Assembly (NCBI GenBank): GCA_976226885.1
Contig: OZ320313.1
Span: 157,232,001-157,296,000, forward strand
Direction of reading: 5' to 3'
Source: Iphione sp. A-MEVVRFRX5
Taxonomy: Eukaryota
Length of the DNA stretch: 64,000 bases
Part shown: positions 51,705 through 64,000 of the stretch, piece by piece
Layout of the letters: every line of letters starts with the position of its first letter
Numbering within the stretch: position 1 is the first letter of the stretch
Translations under genes and position numbers: made by a program
Notes under the pieces: generated by a model
Databases searched by the model: none
Seen by the model: the letters and a program-made list of their open reading frames with translations, nothing else
Told to the model about the DNA's origin: nothing

Positions 51705-54700
51705 CTAGAAAAGAGTAACGCCACTTAACAATACGTCGACATGGGAAGCCTAGATAACAAATCAGGAGAACGTCATTACTGACAGTTTACATATTTATAA
51801 ACGGTTCATCTTCGTCTTATTATTCTTCGGTTCGTTTTTTTTTTCTCGTGCGAAAAATTCAATATTCACCAGTTTATCAAAGGAGTAATCGTTCTTTTAC
51901 TACATGAACAACTACATTTGCTACATCAAATAGAATAGCATCTAGGTGTGTTTTCATACGGGAAGACTCGTACCAAAATGAATATGGCTAAAACAAAATA
52001 GATTTTAAAGGTATCTTCGTTCACCATGAAAACTAGGGATATTACACTCTTTGGGTAAAATGTGTCGACACAATAATTGACAGACGTTCAATACGGGATC
52101 ATATTGCAGAAATAAACGTTTTAAGGTTTTCGTATACGTACAGGTTTCCTTCATGCACCAAACATGTATTACACTCGTCAGAGACACATATATAGACTCC
52201 ATGAAAGAAGCTAGAGGTCCCCCACTTGCAAGTTCAAGTAAAATGGCGGGGGATAATATCATGTAAGAACCATGCAACTTTGCGTATGTTTTGTTGATGC
52301 CGAGTACACGTCTACGTTTATAACATAAAACCAGGAGCAATATAGAAAGGCATTCTAACCGCTGCTAACTAAATAGCTTCCATTTTCATCTGAAACAAAG
52401 GCGGTCCTTTTTGGGCGAGAATAAGATACAGCTGACAGTTTCACAGATAAGCCTGGAACTGTAGAATGAATGGTGTGGTACTGGCATGTACAAGACATAG
52501 CCAAGTTAAGCAGCGTCGTCGACCGTTGCCATGGTCCGTCACCATGGCAACAGATCGCTCCCCTCCCGGTCGCTACGTCTACAGTTCTGCCCCCTAGTGA
52601 CCGTCTTACCCACAGAGACTACAGCTGTACAAGTACAATGTTTCGACGGATGTAAAAAAATGCGACAAACAACACTGACACATGCAGAGGTAATAACTGG
52701 TATCTTCAATGTCAAGTGTGCCTCCTTTATCTCGATCGTTACAAATATACTGCAATATATCCGTGACGTCAGGAAAGCAAGTATATTTCGCAGTCCGAGC
52801 GTTGGGCTGACAGAAGGGTCTGCGAAATTTAATTGCTGTTCAGAGAGGACAAGACTCATGCCACAAGGCATGTATTTATCTTTTAATGCGTAAGTTCCAA
52901 ATCTAAACAATATGCCACAGAGAAAGGTGTGTCCAAAGAGGGACATCATTCAACAGGCCGCAACAACAAGTCACGTCTGCGAAAGAAACTTCACCGTTGT
53001 GTTTCACTTTTGAATCTAGAACGACAGGAACAAAAGGCAGGCGGCTGACAGTCTTGTTTGATCAAATTTTCTTGTTTCCAAGGGAGAAAAAGGTAAGAGC
53101 GAAAGACAGGAGAGAATAAGGACCTTTGAAAGTATCAGAGAGAATGGAATGCTAAACTCCTCATGTAATAATTGTCGTTTGGTATCACAGATCACGTGAC
53201 CACAAGACAAGGTGCGCCCCCTACATTATAGTCTATGAAAGAGTGCGAACATCCTCCGATGCTTTTAGATCAAATCAATAGGGAAATAGTAGGTAAACAA
53301 AACAAAGGAAAGCCGGTCGGTAATGCAGAGAATTTCAAAGCGTTTGGGGGCCAGAAACAGGTTTCAGAGTGTTATAGGAACATATACTGTTATTTATTAC
53401 GTTCATAGGATCGGATAGAAGTTGTTTTTTCGTAGGGACTTCAGAGTTTTCCACCTGTTAATATTTATGCCCTTGGATCTGTTGAGAGGGACTGGCCAAC
53501 AAGGGCTTGGAGTACATTTGGGACTATGTGGACGATGTCAAAGGGTATAATGATACGACATTCGGTCATTCAGAAAATGGGGTCTTCGGACACACATCAA
53601 GTACGGGGTCGAATTGGATACTGGTTCGGATAAAATAGGGTTATAGTCATAAGAATAGAAAATCCGAAACATGAACGGCGATTTACCCAATCAAACAAAA
53701 GGAAAGGGAGGAGCAGGAGGATGTGAGGACAGGGAAGGATGAAGGGAAAGGGTGCAAGAGAATTCATCCCTAAGTGGTGGAAGAAAGAATCATTGGATGA
53801 AAGTATACCGATTACCTTCACAGAAAGCTAATAACAGTGGATTTAAAAGGCAGGCAGGCGTCAACGCAATAATAATAAAGGACTGGTTTGGTTTGACATT
53901 GAACGCGTGCCCAGTGTATTACTCTGACAGTTATGTTTTGTACAAACCTGCAAAAATGCGTATTTCTGTGGGTGGCGGCACCAGAACAACAACAGCAGAT
54001 TGGTGTCAAAGTGTGCAAAGGCGCGTTAGGGTTTCTCTTTGTTTGTCACAGGGTGGGTCGGTGGGCGAAAGTAGCCCCTTTCTATTCGGGACTAAATGCT
54101 CGAAGAATACCTTGATCACCGGAGTATGGTATGTAAAATCTACCTGGGCGGAGTGTACCGCAATGTTTGCTATTCTCAAGTCGAAAAGAAATTCAACAGG
54201 CACGTTTGTTACGTTTTTGCCTTTTGTCTTGTTTCAATCATCAGGAAAGTGTTTTCTGTTAAATAAATGTATTTCCTTGGGGGAAGTTTATCGATGCCTA
54301 ACTCACTATGAATCTGTTTGTTTACCTTGCTTTATCAAAAGTCCATTTTACGTCGAGTCTGAATTCGGATAATTGTGAAAGTGTGGATTCTGCGTTACAC
54401 ACTTGCATACCATCTAACCAAACCGTGCTGGTTGCAACCAAAAACCTGCCGACAATTTTACTAGCCGTGAGAGAAAAATTTGTACATTAAATACAATATG
54501 TCCGATAAAATGTGCAACGGAAAAGTCCAAAGAACAACATCCATACCTAATTGGCAAATCAATCATAAATAGAAGGCGGAGATCAACATTGCAAATCCTA
54601 GCGCTTTAAAGACACAAAAACGGTGAAATTCTAGTAGCAATATTTAATTGAAAAACTTGCTCTTATGTAGGAGTACACACTGTAGTACAAGTATTTAAAA

Positions 54701-55629
54701 AAGCATTGAGATGGCCGCACAAAACGGTTTGGGGCTGCAACCAACACTCCTTGGCTATTTTCTCTTGGAAAGCATTTGGGCATATCATCTTCATCTCTAT
54801 TTTCCGGTGATCAATTATCTTCTGGTGTACGGGCCAAAAGCAGCACTAAAGGCACCCATAGCCGGAGGCTGTATCAAAAATGACATTATAGGGGACCCGT
54901 AAAATGGTCCACACTCTAAAATAATCCATAATAATGTCAAAATTCTTTTCAAATTGCCCAAGACATGGCAAAGCGACAATTGTAAAAGGGCACCCTCAAG
55001 ATAATACGTCGTCCTAACGTGTTGCATATTGGCATTTCCGAAAGTGGAAGATCCGTTTGCTGTTGTTTTACAATGTACTGTATGCTGACTGTCGTGTTTC
55101 TGCTGTGTGGTATGGGCCATTCTTAACATAATGATTTGATTTACTGCTAGAAAGATAGACACTTTAAATTCACGCAGGTCTGTTGTGATAGGACAGCGAT
55201 CAATAGTTTAATGCAAGGAAATTTTACTATCTTACATTTACTTCATAGAACTTTTAATATCAACGCACGGCTACATCTGAGAAAGCTTGACAAACGGCGA
55301 GGGCTCTTAAAACTCTATATGGAGAGTGTACTTAAGGAATAACATTTGGAAAACTTAAAACTATTCAAAGAATAGAAACAGTTCAATAAAGAGTCGACTG
55401 CAAACATGTACTTCAAGTGTTGCAAAGGAACTGAAACCCATGGATAACAAATAGTGACTAGTACTTATTCAATGTTTACCACTTCTTCCCGAAAGCTCAA
55501 GCGGTAGTGTGTGATCGAGTACACCAGCTGCTGGAACCTTAACCCAACTGATTGTGCATGTGAACCCCCCTCCCAGTACTAGACGCTGCCATTTGGTGAA
55601 GGGCGAGGAGCTTTGTTGGGCAGACTGAC

Positions 55630-55722
55630 CTCATCATTGCCTTTGTACGGTGTGGAGCCCCGTCCACCGGCAATACTAAAGCCCAGGCCCGTCTCATCTC
55701 TCCTCAACGTTGTAGCTATGGT
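55630..55722 (-). CDS. SCRIB: Scribble exon, PDZ2 N-terminal part
   Basis: tttttgcag|ACC acceptor and GAG|gtcagt donor; TIATTLRRDETGLGFSIAGGRGSTPYKGNDE. Confidence 0.95.
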
Positions 55723-57498
55723 CTGCAAAAAGGATACAACAGCATTAATACAAATTCACGTTTGGGTAAATGCATGTAATAGTCGATAGATGGGAGATCA
55801 GCATAGGTCTGGAAGAAATACGAACGCATTATGAGAAGAGGATGGTGTTTCTGGGAAATTTCAACGCTAGTTAAACATGAGGCGACATTAACACTATGAT
55901 CCAAGTGATGTGTGTTTGCCGGTCATAATGACAAGTTGAGTAAAATGATCTACGTTCTCTTACCATCACTAATATTTCACATACCATTAATCTCAATGTA
56001 AAACTAACCAGGCAAATATATATACATATGTACATTCTGTATTGTTTTGCTTACATCTTCAAAACCACTCCATTCAAAGAGCCCTGGTGTACAATAGAGT
56101 GGCTATGTAACAGAGTTATATAGGGAAAAAAATTGAACAGTTGGTTGGAAACGCGGGAAATCAAAAGGAAGGACAGCAGCATTCTTAAGATTCCTGGCCT
56201 TTCAGGTGGGGAACCAATTAACATGTATTAATTAACATGTAAAGTATTTATACATCTTCCTACTCGTGAGGAATATTAAAAGGCATTTTTGTAAAGGAAA
56301 CATTGTTCTAAGCAAAAACTCAAAGGATCACCACCAGGTTACTACCACAACAAACTTGGATTCCAAGGGTCGTAACAATAAAGGGGAAAAAAGTTACAAA
56401 GGGTTAACGAATATTACATATATAGGCTTACTAGAGAATACATATAGTATATCAAGCAGTTCTTCAGAAATCCAGGGGAAAAGAGTGAGTTCTATGGGAG
56501 GACGAAGAAAACACAAAGATACACCGAGGCAATACTAAGGGATACAGCGAGGGTCTGGCATACCCCGAAGGTTGCATATCTTCAATATTAACGTGTGGAC
56601 AGATCGAAAGAGTACTGTCCCGGCAGGGGGAATTTTTTTCACTTCACTTTCGCAGGTGTGCTGTTTTCAAACCAGCATTGTATTAAGATACAGGCAAGTG
56701 AACCTGGGTTTTATCCTTACTCTTAAGTCTTATTCAGGTCACGGTGTGTTCTGCGTATACAATCTCAATTATTCCAGTACAATTCACGACCAGATTTTAC
56801 TGGAAGCTTCGAGATAGGCCGCATGGCCATGTTACACACACCAGCAGGTTTTACTATCAGTATCGCCACTAGTGTGGAACTAATTGACATGCCAAAGCAG
56901 TCTGGCAGCGTATGTGAGCTTAGGACCCCCATCAAATATCTTGGGGCCCTGACTGGCTAAATAACCCACACCAATCCCATACAAGATGGTAGCCTCAGTA
57001 TCTAATGCATGACTTTGGTATCTGGGAACTATTATCACGTCAAGCGATCAAGATGTATTGCAGTGCAACAAATTAAAAAGACAAACGCTCGAACACATAT
57101 TTTTTCTTCCGTTTAAGAATAGACGTTCATCTAACCCAGATTTTTCGGAATTTTTGTGACGTTCCATGTTTCTAAGCGAGCCCTAAGTTTGGTATGTTGA
57201 CATAGTTTATCTAAGAACCATCTGGTTCAAATCGGCCCTATAGTGCATATCACTTTCTACCCAGGCATATGCATGTACTGTACATGAAGAAAAGGATAAA
57301 CTGTATGGACAAGACAGCTTTGAAAGTCAAAAAGCTTAAAGCCTAAAACTTAAAAAAAAATCTAAAACTCGAAACGACTGCTGTCCTGATCTAGTTTGAG
57401 CACAAATATTTAAAATACGGTTGCACAATTGTAAATATCATGGAAACTTGGACGAAACAATACTGAAGTAGTGCTGTGCAGGTGAACCATGCTTTTAC

Positions 57499-57567
57499 CT
57501 CGGCCTGAATCTCCATATCAGGTTCGTGTTCTAGTGCTGCAGCAAAGATGGAGTCACTGTGTAATAC
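57499..57567 (-). CDS. SCRIB: Probable Scribble PDZ1-PDZ2 linker exon (69 nt, phase 0-0)
   Basis: ctttctttgcag|GTA acceptor and GAG|gtaaaa donor; VLHSDSIFAAALEHEPDMEIQAE. No domain homology, and it is not needed to keep frame. Confidence 0.6.
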
Positions 57568-58178
57568 CTGCAAAGAAAGCCAGGAGGGGTGGTGGTAACA
57601 GCGAGTTAGTGAGAGCGATAGCACCCAGAGGTCAGCACAACCCGAGAGCGAGAGAAATCAGTGATAGCGGATTACTCTGCAGACGACTTTTACCGCGGGC
57701 ATTACTCGCAGTCCGGACAGTCTACTCTACTGGTGATTAGAAATGAACCATTCCATAATCTCAGTAATTTCCATTACCTGTGCGCTTCTAATTCACCAAG
57801 CGGTAGGTAAGGATTCCAAAATCAACAGGACACAAAAAAGTGCATTTTAAAAGAAGGAACTTTCTCAAAGTAACTCAAAAGGGAGCAGGAGTCGGACCAT
57901 CCTGGAAGAGAAATTTTACCTGAACAGCAACAACGGCTCTTAAAATACTGTCTTTCTTTTCGGATGAGAGTTTCAGTCTACAAGGAGTTTACAGTCGTGT
58001 CCGGAGGATGAATCTGATCATCATTACAGACTACGGGATACTGCTTACCCTAGAAAGTACGGTGAGTACAAGTGATGTGTTATAATGGAGAGAGAGACAG
58101 AGAAGGAAGATGAGGCATGGGCCCACGCATGCACACACAGTTAAGAGCTGAGCTGGTGGCAGTGGTGGTGGTACTCAC

Positions 58179-58295
58179 TGGTTTGGCGGGAAGGAGGGTC
58201 TCCCTGGCCACCACCATGGTGACGATGTTGCCAGCGTCCTTCAGCACGGAGACGGCGAAATGATGGTCTGCTTCGACCAGCGAGTGACCGTTAAC
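58179..58295 (-). CDS. SCRIB: Scribble exon, PDZ1 C-terminal part
   Basis: gtccag|GTT acceptor and CCA|gtgagt donor; VNGHSLVEADHHFAVSVLKDAGNIVTMVVARETLLPAKP. Confidence 0.95.
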
Positions 58296-58977
58296 CTGGA
58301 CACGGGCAAGATTCCTCGTTACAGGACCATTACAAACTCCACAATGAACCAATCGAAGAAATAACGTCAAAACAAATCAGAAAGATGTAAATAACACCAA
58401 AATGATGCTACAACAATCTGTAAAACTTATCATACGACTGTGTTTACATTCTGCTGGTTCATCATGTGTGACTGTGTGCCATATGGATTTTTGTCATGGA
58501 CTCAACAGAAGTGTGTTATTTGCAAGCTTTTTTGTTTTGTTTCGGTTCTAGCCATGTTGCGACGTTAAAAGGCAATCGGTCAATTCAACGTGAGCATATT
58601 TTGTATCTCTTATCACCTTGTTGGCAACAAATCTATGTACTCTTTTGATCAGAACATGTCCTAATCCAAAAAGAAAAACATGTATATGTTGCTGACACGG
58701 AGACGAAAAAGGTTCGTGTGGAAATTTGGGCTGTCTTTCTGGCTTACAAGTATAGAAAGTGTGCGAGCCGACTTCATATGCAAGATAAGCTACATTTTTT
58801 TACGACTTTATCCTGAAGTATTAGAAAAATCAGGTCTTCCTGCATAATAGACAATTTAAAAATATCTCTGTGTACCTATTATTAATAAAACGCTATCCAA
58901 TATAAGTAAATAAATATGCCCATGAAAGATTTACAATATCAAACCTGGCCGTTTATGTTCTAGTAAGGTGTTGGTAT

Positions 58978-59434
58978 GATATTATTTCATAAAAAAAAAA
59001 TAAAAATGAACACTAATTTAGAGGACACCATGCCCGTCCATATGTGATTCTTGAGAACTCACCGAAGGCACCTTGTCTCCAACTGTTACCCAGCTCGGCC
59101 CGACGGCCCGTCCTCGGTGACACGAGATATTATTTTATAAAAAAAAAATAAAAATAAAAATGAACACTATTAGAGGACACCATGCCCGTCCATATGTGAT
59201 TCTTGAGAACTCACCGAAGGCACCTTGTCTCCAACTGTTACCCAGCTCGGCCCGACGGCCCGTCCTCAGTGACACGAGATATTATTTTATAAAAAAAAAA
59301 AATAAAAATAAAAATGAACACTATTAGAGGACACCATGCCCGTCCATATGTGATTCTTGAGAACTCACCGAAAGCACCTTGTCTCCAACTGTTACCCCAG
59401 CTCGGCCCGACGGCCCGTCCTCAGTGACACGAGA
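58978..59434. repeat. Tandem triplication (~150-bp unit) of most of a PDZ1 exon, its donor and the intron start
   Basis: Three near-identical units start at about 58978, 59126 and 59278. Confidence 0.95.
59063..59278 (-). pseudogene. Two degenerate partial copies of the PDZ1 middle exon
   Basis: They lack the acceptor and first ~3 codons, carry a 1-nt deletion (GGGG to GGG) and keep GTGAGT donors at 59214 and 59062. Confidence 0.85.
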
Positions 59435-59446
59435 GATGTAGATGCC
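59369..59446 (-). CDS. SCRIB: Scribble exon, PDZ1 middle (intact copy)
   Basis: ttgtag|GGC acceptor and TCG|gtgagt donor; GIYISRVTEDGPSGRAGVTVGDKVLS (26 codons). Confidence 0.95.
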
Positions 59447-62400
59447 CTACAAGCAAGTGTACCGCTCAATGAAGACCGTGCAATCAACTAGACGTAACGG
59501 TATACATACATCAAATGCCACAAATGCTGGAATCGCACACGGTACACGGTTCTGTTTTCTCCTGGGCGGGTGTGGCGGAGGCCGGGAAGTGGTGCGGAGG
59601 GCGGTTAGGCGGCCATGGGCTGCCGGGTGTTACTAGCCAGAGATGCGAATTGGCAATGCGTGTTAGTGTGGACGTGTCACTCACAAGTAAGACCAATAGG
59701 ACTCGGATCATACACACGGCTACAGCTGTTTGTCAGTTGTCTTCATTTTTCTCATAAAGCAGTCAATGGATCGGTTCGCTTTTTTTGTGTGTGTGTTTGT
59801 ACCTTTATCGCACTGATGAATTTGCTGAAAGATTGGTCCAACTTGTCGACACAACTGGTGAATGGCTAAAGTGGCCGGTAGCTAAGTTGGTGGTGTACAG
59901 TGGTGCGGTGACAGCGTCATTTTCTCTCAGTGTACAAAGTGAATCACATGTATACCGCCTTTGTTAATCATACTTTACCATGGAAGGTTAATACATTCAA
60001 CCAACGGTTATACATCTTTTAATTACAACTGTGCGACACCTTGGAAGGCCTTGCTTGTTCAGATATGTGCAAAGAAAGTTATTTTTTTTTCCTATCACTT
60101 CAAATTTCCTTTCATACAAAGCAATACCAGTATATGTAGTAATGTTAGAAGACGGAGGATTCTCGAAAGTAAAAATTCAAAGAAAGAAATCATTGACGTG
60201 GCCACATCTACACGTGACTAAGGAAAGCAGGCATGAAAAGGGTGCATAGTCAAGCCTTGCAGCAGCGTATGGTACACATTAAAAAATACATCCAATCTAC
60301 CAACATGAAGAACATGAACCACTATTAGACCCCATCCCCCGCAAAGGCTCCAGATTTACCCATGCAGATGAATCTGGACTCGCATTGGATGTGCGCTGCC
60401 AAATGCTAATGTATTCATGTTCACCATGTTATCGTTTTTTTCTCCAAAGTTCAACATTCTAACGACATGCCATAGAAAATGAAATGTGTGAAAAGATTAC
60501 CTACGAGGGAAAAATAGCAAGCACACGTATTTTATGCTGCTTGTCCCATGCTACAACAAAGCTAACAGTAAGATACAACTGGCTGAACCAATCCATGGCA
60601 TTCGTTATCACAGTAAAAGCTGTTCTCGCCGAAAAATGTGGCGACGTTACACACCTGTTTTGTAACGTCTTCGAAGCCACAGATTCTCGTGACTATGCTT
60701 TAGAAATTTAAAGAGTTGAAAATTGGACTGATGGGTGGAAGGGGGATAAGAGCGGGGGAAATGGAGCTGGAGGAAGCGTTGGGGGACATACAGGGGAATA
60801 CTGGACCAGTGAACACAAGTTAGAGGGAACATGAGAGTAACTGGAGCCGGGAAGTGTCTGTATTAACTCAGGGCGCAAGTGACAAATAGTTTCGAAAAGG
60901 ATATATGTATATGTATAGCATTACACATATACATGTACATATTTGTACCATTAGTGCTTTTAAGGACTTTCAGGACCACTGCAATAGTACCAATACAGTA
61001 ATATATGACCAGAACAGCAAAATACGATACAGAGATGACAATCCCAGGCAATGAACCTGTGATGGTAAAGCTCATCTTGTTGGCGCTTTAACGGGGAAGA
61101 AAAGTTGAGCTGTTTCAGCTTTAACGTGGTACGGGCCTTCATGTACTTGTCAACACCAGCCGATCATTATGTGGAGTGCAGGTTTGCAAGTGGAAATGTT
61201 CAAGACTGACATTTGTGGTCAAAAGACATGGGACAGAAGTGCTTATACACTTAATACCGACCAGAACAGGCGGGCTAGTGCCTAAAAAAGCATTGCAATA
61301 GATGGAGCAACGTGTAATATCAGTTTGCTGCGTTTTGTCTCTATGTAAAGCTATGTAATAAATTTCATGATCAGAATCATAGACCAGTTACTAAATTCCC
61401 CGCACTAACCTACAGAAACTGGTACAAGGCACGCCGATATTTAAGAAAAGACGAGGACACTGGGGAAACCTTGGTGCCTAACTGAAAGTACCTAGAATTA
61501 AGTTGCTTGAATTTCCTTTCCAGCATCTTTAAACAGGATCGTTCTTGGAATACATAGGTCCCTAAGGCTTACAGGTTAAGTAACCAGCTGAGAGTGCGGT
61601 GCGACTGTAGGATACAGTCCATTATAATACTGCGCTCTCTGCAATTAGCAGGGAATGCTCTGTTTTTAAAAGAGTGCACTGAAATAGAACGACTGCTGGG
61701 TTCAAACGTTGGTACTATTTGCTAAGTTACGCCTGCGGCCTAAACACAAAATACAATACGTATATATGCGCGGGGAAATGGGAGGGCTAATTGTTTTTTG
61801 GGGGGGTATTATCTTCTGCAACTCGAAATCTTGGAGGTTTATTTAATTCAGTCGCCGCATTGTAGGATACAGCAACATAAGCATCTTTCGTCCTTCCTTC
61901 TAGACTTTAACAGAAAGATATCTAAAGAAAGTGAATTTCGTGGTACCTATTGATAGAAGCTTTCCAAGCTGATTTTTCCTTCACTGCAAGATGTAAAGGA
62001 GACTCCTTCAATTAGAAATATGGTAATTTCGCTGACAAGCTTTGTTATCCAGTTGCAATGAATTGCTTGGACCCTGGCTGAGAGACTACATAAACTGAAA
62101 TGGTGTCTTACGATTACCTACGACATGGACGTGTAATCTAATGAAATTACAAACAGGCAATAATTAACTACCTTCCGTTTACTTGGATTAGAATGTACAT
62201 TCTAAACCTTTTTACAAAAACCACACGAACAGAGAGGGACAGGTAAGTAACATGAACGATTAATAAAGACACTGCCACACGGCATGGCAAACACTAAGAA
62301 CAAAGAAAAGAGAGAGTGAGTGAGAGAGAGAGAGGACAGTCTGGACACCTATCACGACAACTGAATGTAGTCATGGTTGACGACACTGTGTTAAGACTGG

Positions 62401-62575
62401 AAGAGATTATAAATATATATATATATATACTGAGATAGATATAAATATAAGAGAGGTAGAGTGACGGAGGAGAGTGGTGAGTGGCTGCATGACCGGCTCG
62501 TGTGTGTAAGTGCGTGCTGGTGGGCAGGATGAAGGCGCTTACCTCGTCTGGCTGGCTGTAGTACGGAGCTCTTAC

Positions 62576-62773
62576 CTCATCCTCGCCCCGGAATGGCGTG
62601 GACCCCCGACCGCCGGCGATGGAGATGCCCAGCCCCATGCCGGGCTCGCGCACTATGCGAATGGTGACCTCCTCCTCCTGCACTTCCATAGCCACCTGCT
62701 TGGTAAGCACGGGAGGTGTCGAGGGCACTGGAGACACGGGTGACTTGGGCGACATATGGCCCAGCAACGGCTG
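62576..62773 (-). CDS. SCRIB: Scribble exon, PDZ1 N-terminal part
   Basis: tttgcag|CAG acceptor and GAG|gtaaga donor; ...EEEVTIRIVREPGMGLGISIAGGRGSTPFRGEDE. Confidence 0.95.
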
Positions 62774-63210
62774 CTGCAAACGTGTAAAAAAAATATTTAA
62801 AAAAATTATTTAAAAAAAAAGACAATCGCCGGCATGGCAGAATGAATAAGAACGTACCAACTCTGACCGTTCGGTAAAACGAAGGTAGACCTGCTTTACA
62901 CAGAACATGCAACTTTTAGTAATCTCAATACGAAATCACAGTTAATAGACATCCCCTTGTCTCGATCTAGCCTGACCATCAGCATTACCCTACGAACAAA
63001 CAATGGCTGCTTATAAGCTGGGAGGTGATTGTGTTCTTTTGGTGTAAAGGACTATAAATTCCATTTTCTGCACAAACTAGGTAGGAGAAGTACACAGAAC
63101 TAAGAAGTATGGAACTCGCGCCGAAGCTACACACTGTTTTCAGAGTCACAAAGCTGAGACCATACATTTATATGAGGTGATTTCATCACAACTGCTTTGG
63201 TTTGCCTTAC

Positions 63211-63438
63211 CGGAGAAGGAGCTTGTTCTTTAGGCGCGGCCTGGGCCTGGGCAAGGATGGCCCGTACCTTCTCCTCAGCCTCTTCTTTGCTTGAGCCGAG
63301 AGTGATGCGTTTGTTTTTAAGATGGTGCGGTGTGTCGCGACGTCGCAGCTTTCCCTCATGGTCTGGCACGCTTCCGTCCTCATCCGACTCTGTATCTTCA
63401 AAACCAACGCGTCGCTCCCTGTCTATATACTCCAAGTC
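63211..63438 (-). CDS. SCRIB: Scribble exon with conserved RRRDTPHHLKNKR motif
   Basis: ctgcag|GAC acceptor and CCG|gtaagg donor; 76 codons DLEYIDRERRVGFEDTES...EQAPSP. Confidence 0.92.
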
Positions 63439-63842
63439 CTGCAGGCGAAGTAATCCGGAAAACTGTCGTCAACAACAGAGCTGCCTTATCCTTGCCTTCG
63501 TTTATTCCAGAGATCGTAATTCCATGAGGCTGGCTATGGTGGCGCCACCTTTACTATTCTGAGGTAGACACCTGGTGTCCATTCCTGGTACTAAAGTCCT
63601 ATGATGGCTGATTCCGGCGTTAGTCTAACCCGACTTTGGCAAAACCCAGATTTAAAGAGCACTGAAATAATCTCCCATCAAACACCTATCTTCACGAGGA
63701 GGAAAACCCTCATACCTTCGTCAACCACCGAGAGCAAGAACGCTGTACAGTAGCTTATCTACATCCAGGTTATTTAAATGGACTGATTGTATTCATCAAA
63801 GGTCTGGCTGCACCCCAACCGTCCGAGATGGCAGGAACTCAC

Positions 63843-64000
63843 CTCTGGAGGTCCCGTGTCCGGCGGCCCTTCAGACGTCTGGGGTGGCCCCCGGTCCTCG
63901 AAGACAGTCACCTTGTTGGAGACGGTGACGTCCCGGTGGTGCGGGGCCGGCAGCGCAGCAGGTGCCTCCTCTACAGGGCTGATCTGTTCTGAAGGCGCTT
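63843..64000 (-). CDS. SCRIB: Scribble exon, linker between LRR/LAPSD and PDZ1 (5' end outside window)
   Basis: Only one frame is open (APSEQISPVEEAPAA...GPPDTGPPE). It ends at GAG|GTGAGT, phase 0, matching the next exon. Confidence 0.75.

Larger units (their letters stand above)
30772..64000 (-). other. SCRIB: scribble gene, partial span (5' LRR exons beyond the window; 3' end uncertain)
   Basis: Four PDZ domains in order with carboxylate loops GLGI/GLGF/PLGL/KLGV, the pre-PDZ1 motif KLRRRDTPHHLKNKR and the post-PDZ4 ESISSIDRD. The exons splice in frame at GT-AG sites. Confidence 0.95.

Noticed and set aside
57622-57810. Plus-strand open frame with Ig-like flavour (TLLVIRN...YLCASNS)
   Set aside because: The spacing does not fit D-x-G-x-Y-x-C, there is no start or convincing splice sites, and it is antisense to scribble.
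1-64000. CRISPR array, tRNA/rRNA, snoRNA, autonomous transposase or RT
   Set aside because: I saw no repeat-spacer structure, RNA-gene hallmarks or catalytic motifs by eye. An Infernal/Rfam and RepeatMasker run would be needed to exclude small RNAs.

Overview
Eukaryotic invertebrate-type genomic DNA with two assembly gaps (N at 42825-42979 and 44651-44897). It is probably a lancelet (Branchiostoma-like); this is an inference from the abundant TACATGTA, long poly-C/G runs, MITE-rich introns and GC-rich exons. The main feature is the 3' two-thirds of a scribble (SCRIB, four-PDZ LAP family) gene on the minus strand. I traced GT-AG exons from the window end (post-LRR linker) through PDZ1-PDZ4 (62773-45642), all joined by phase-0 introns. 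Downstream of PDZ4 lies a set of Pro/Ser/Ala-rich candidate cassette and alternative terminal exons (44.6-30.8 kb, possibly continuing to about 20.8 kb). The LRR exons lie beyond the window end. The first ~20 kb has no recognisable protein-coding gene. It holds nested MITEs, mini- and microsatellites, a tandem CTCF-like motif cluster and a few orphan exon-like units. The most notable observations are: a tandem triplication of one PDZ1 exon (two frameshifted copies keep their donors); an in-frame alternative donor in the PDZ1 loop; several possible stop-containing terminal exons; and a CAG-rich block at 20.7-22.3 kb without a single clean reading frame. No prokaryotic-type system, CRISPR array or RNA gene could be supported.
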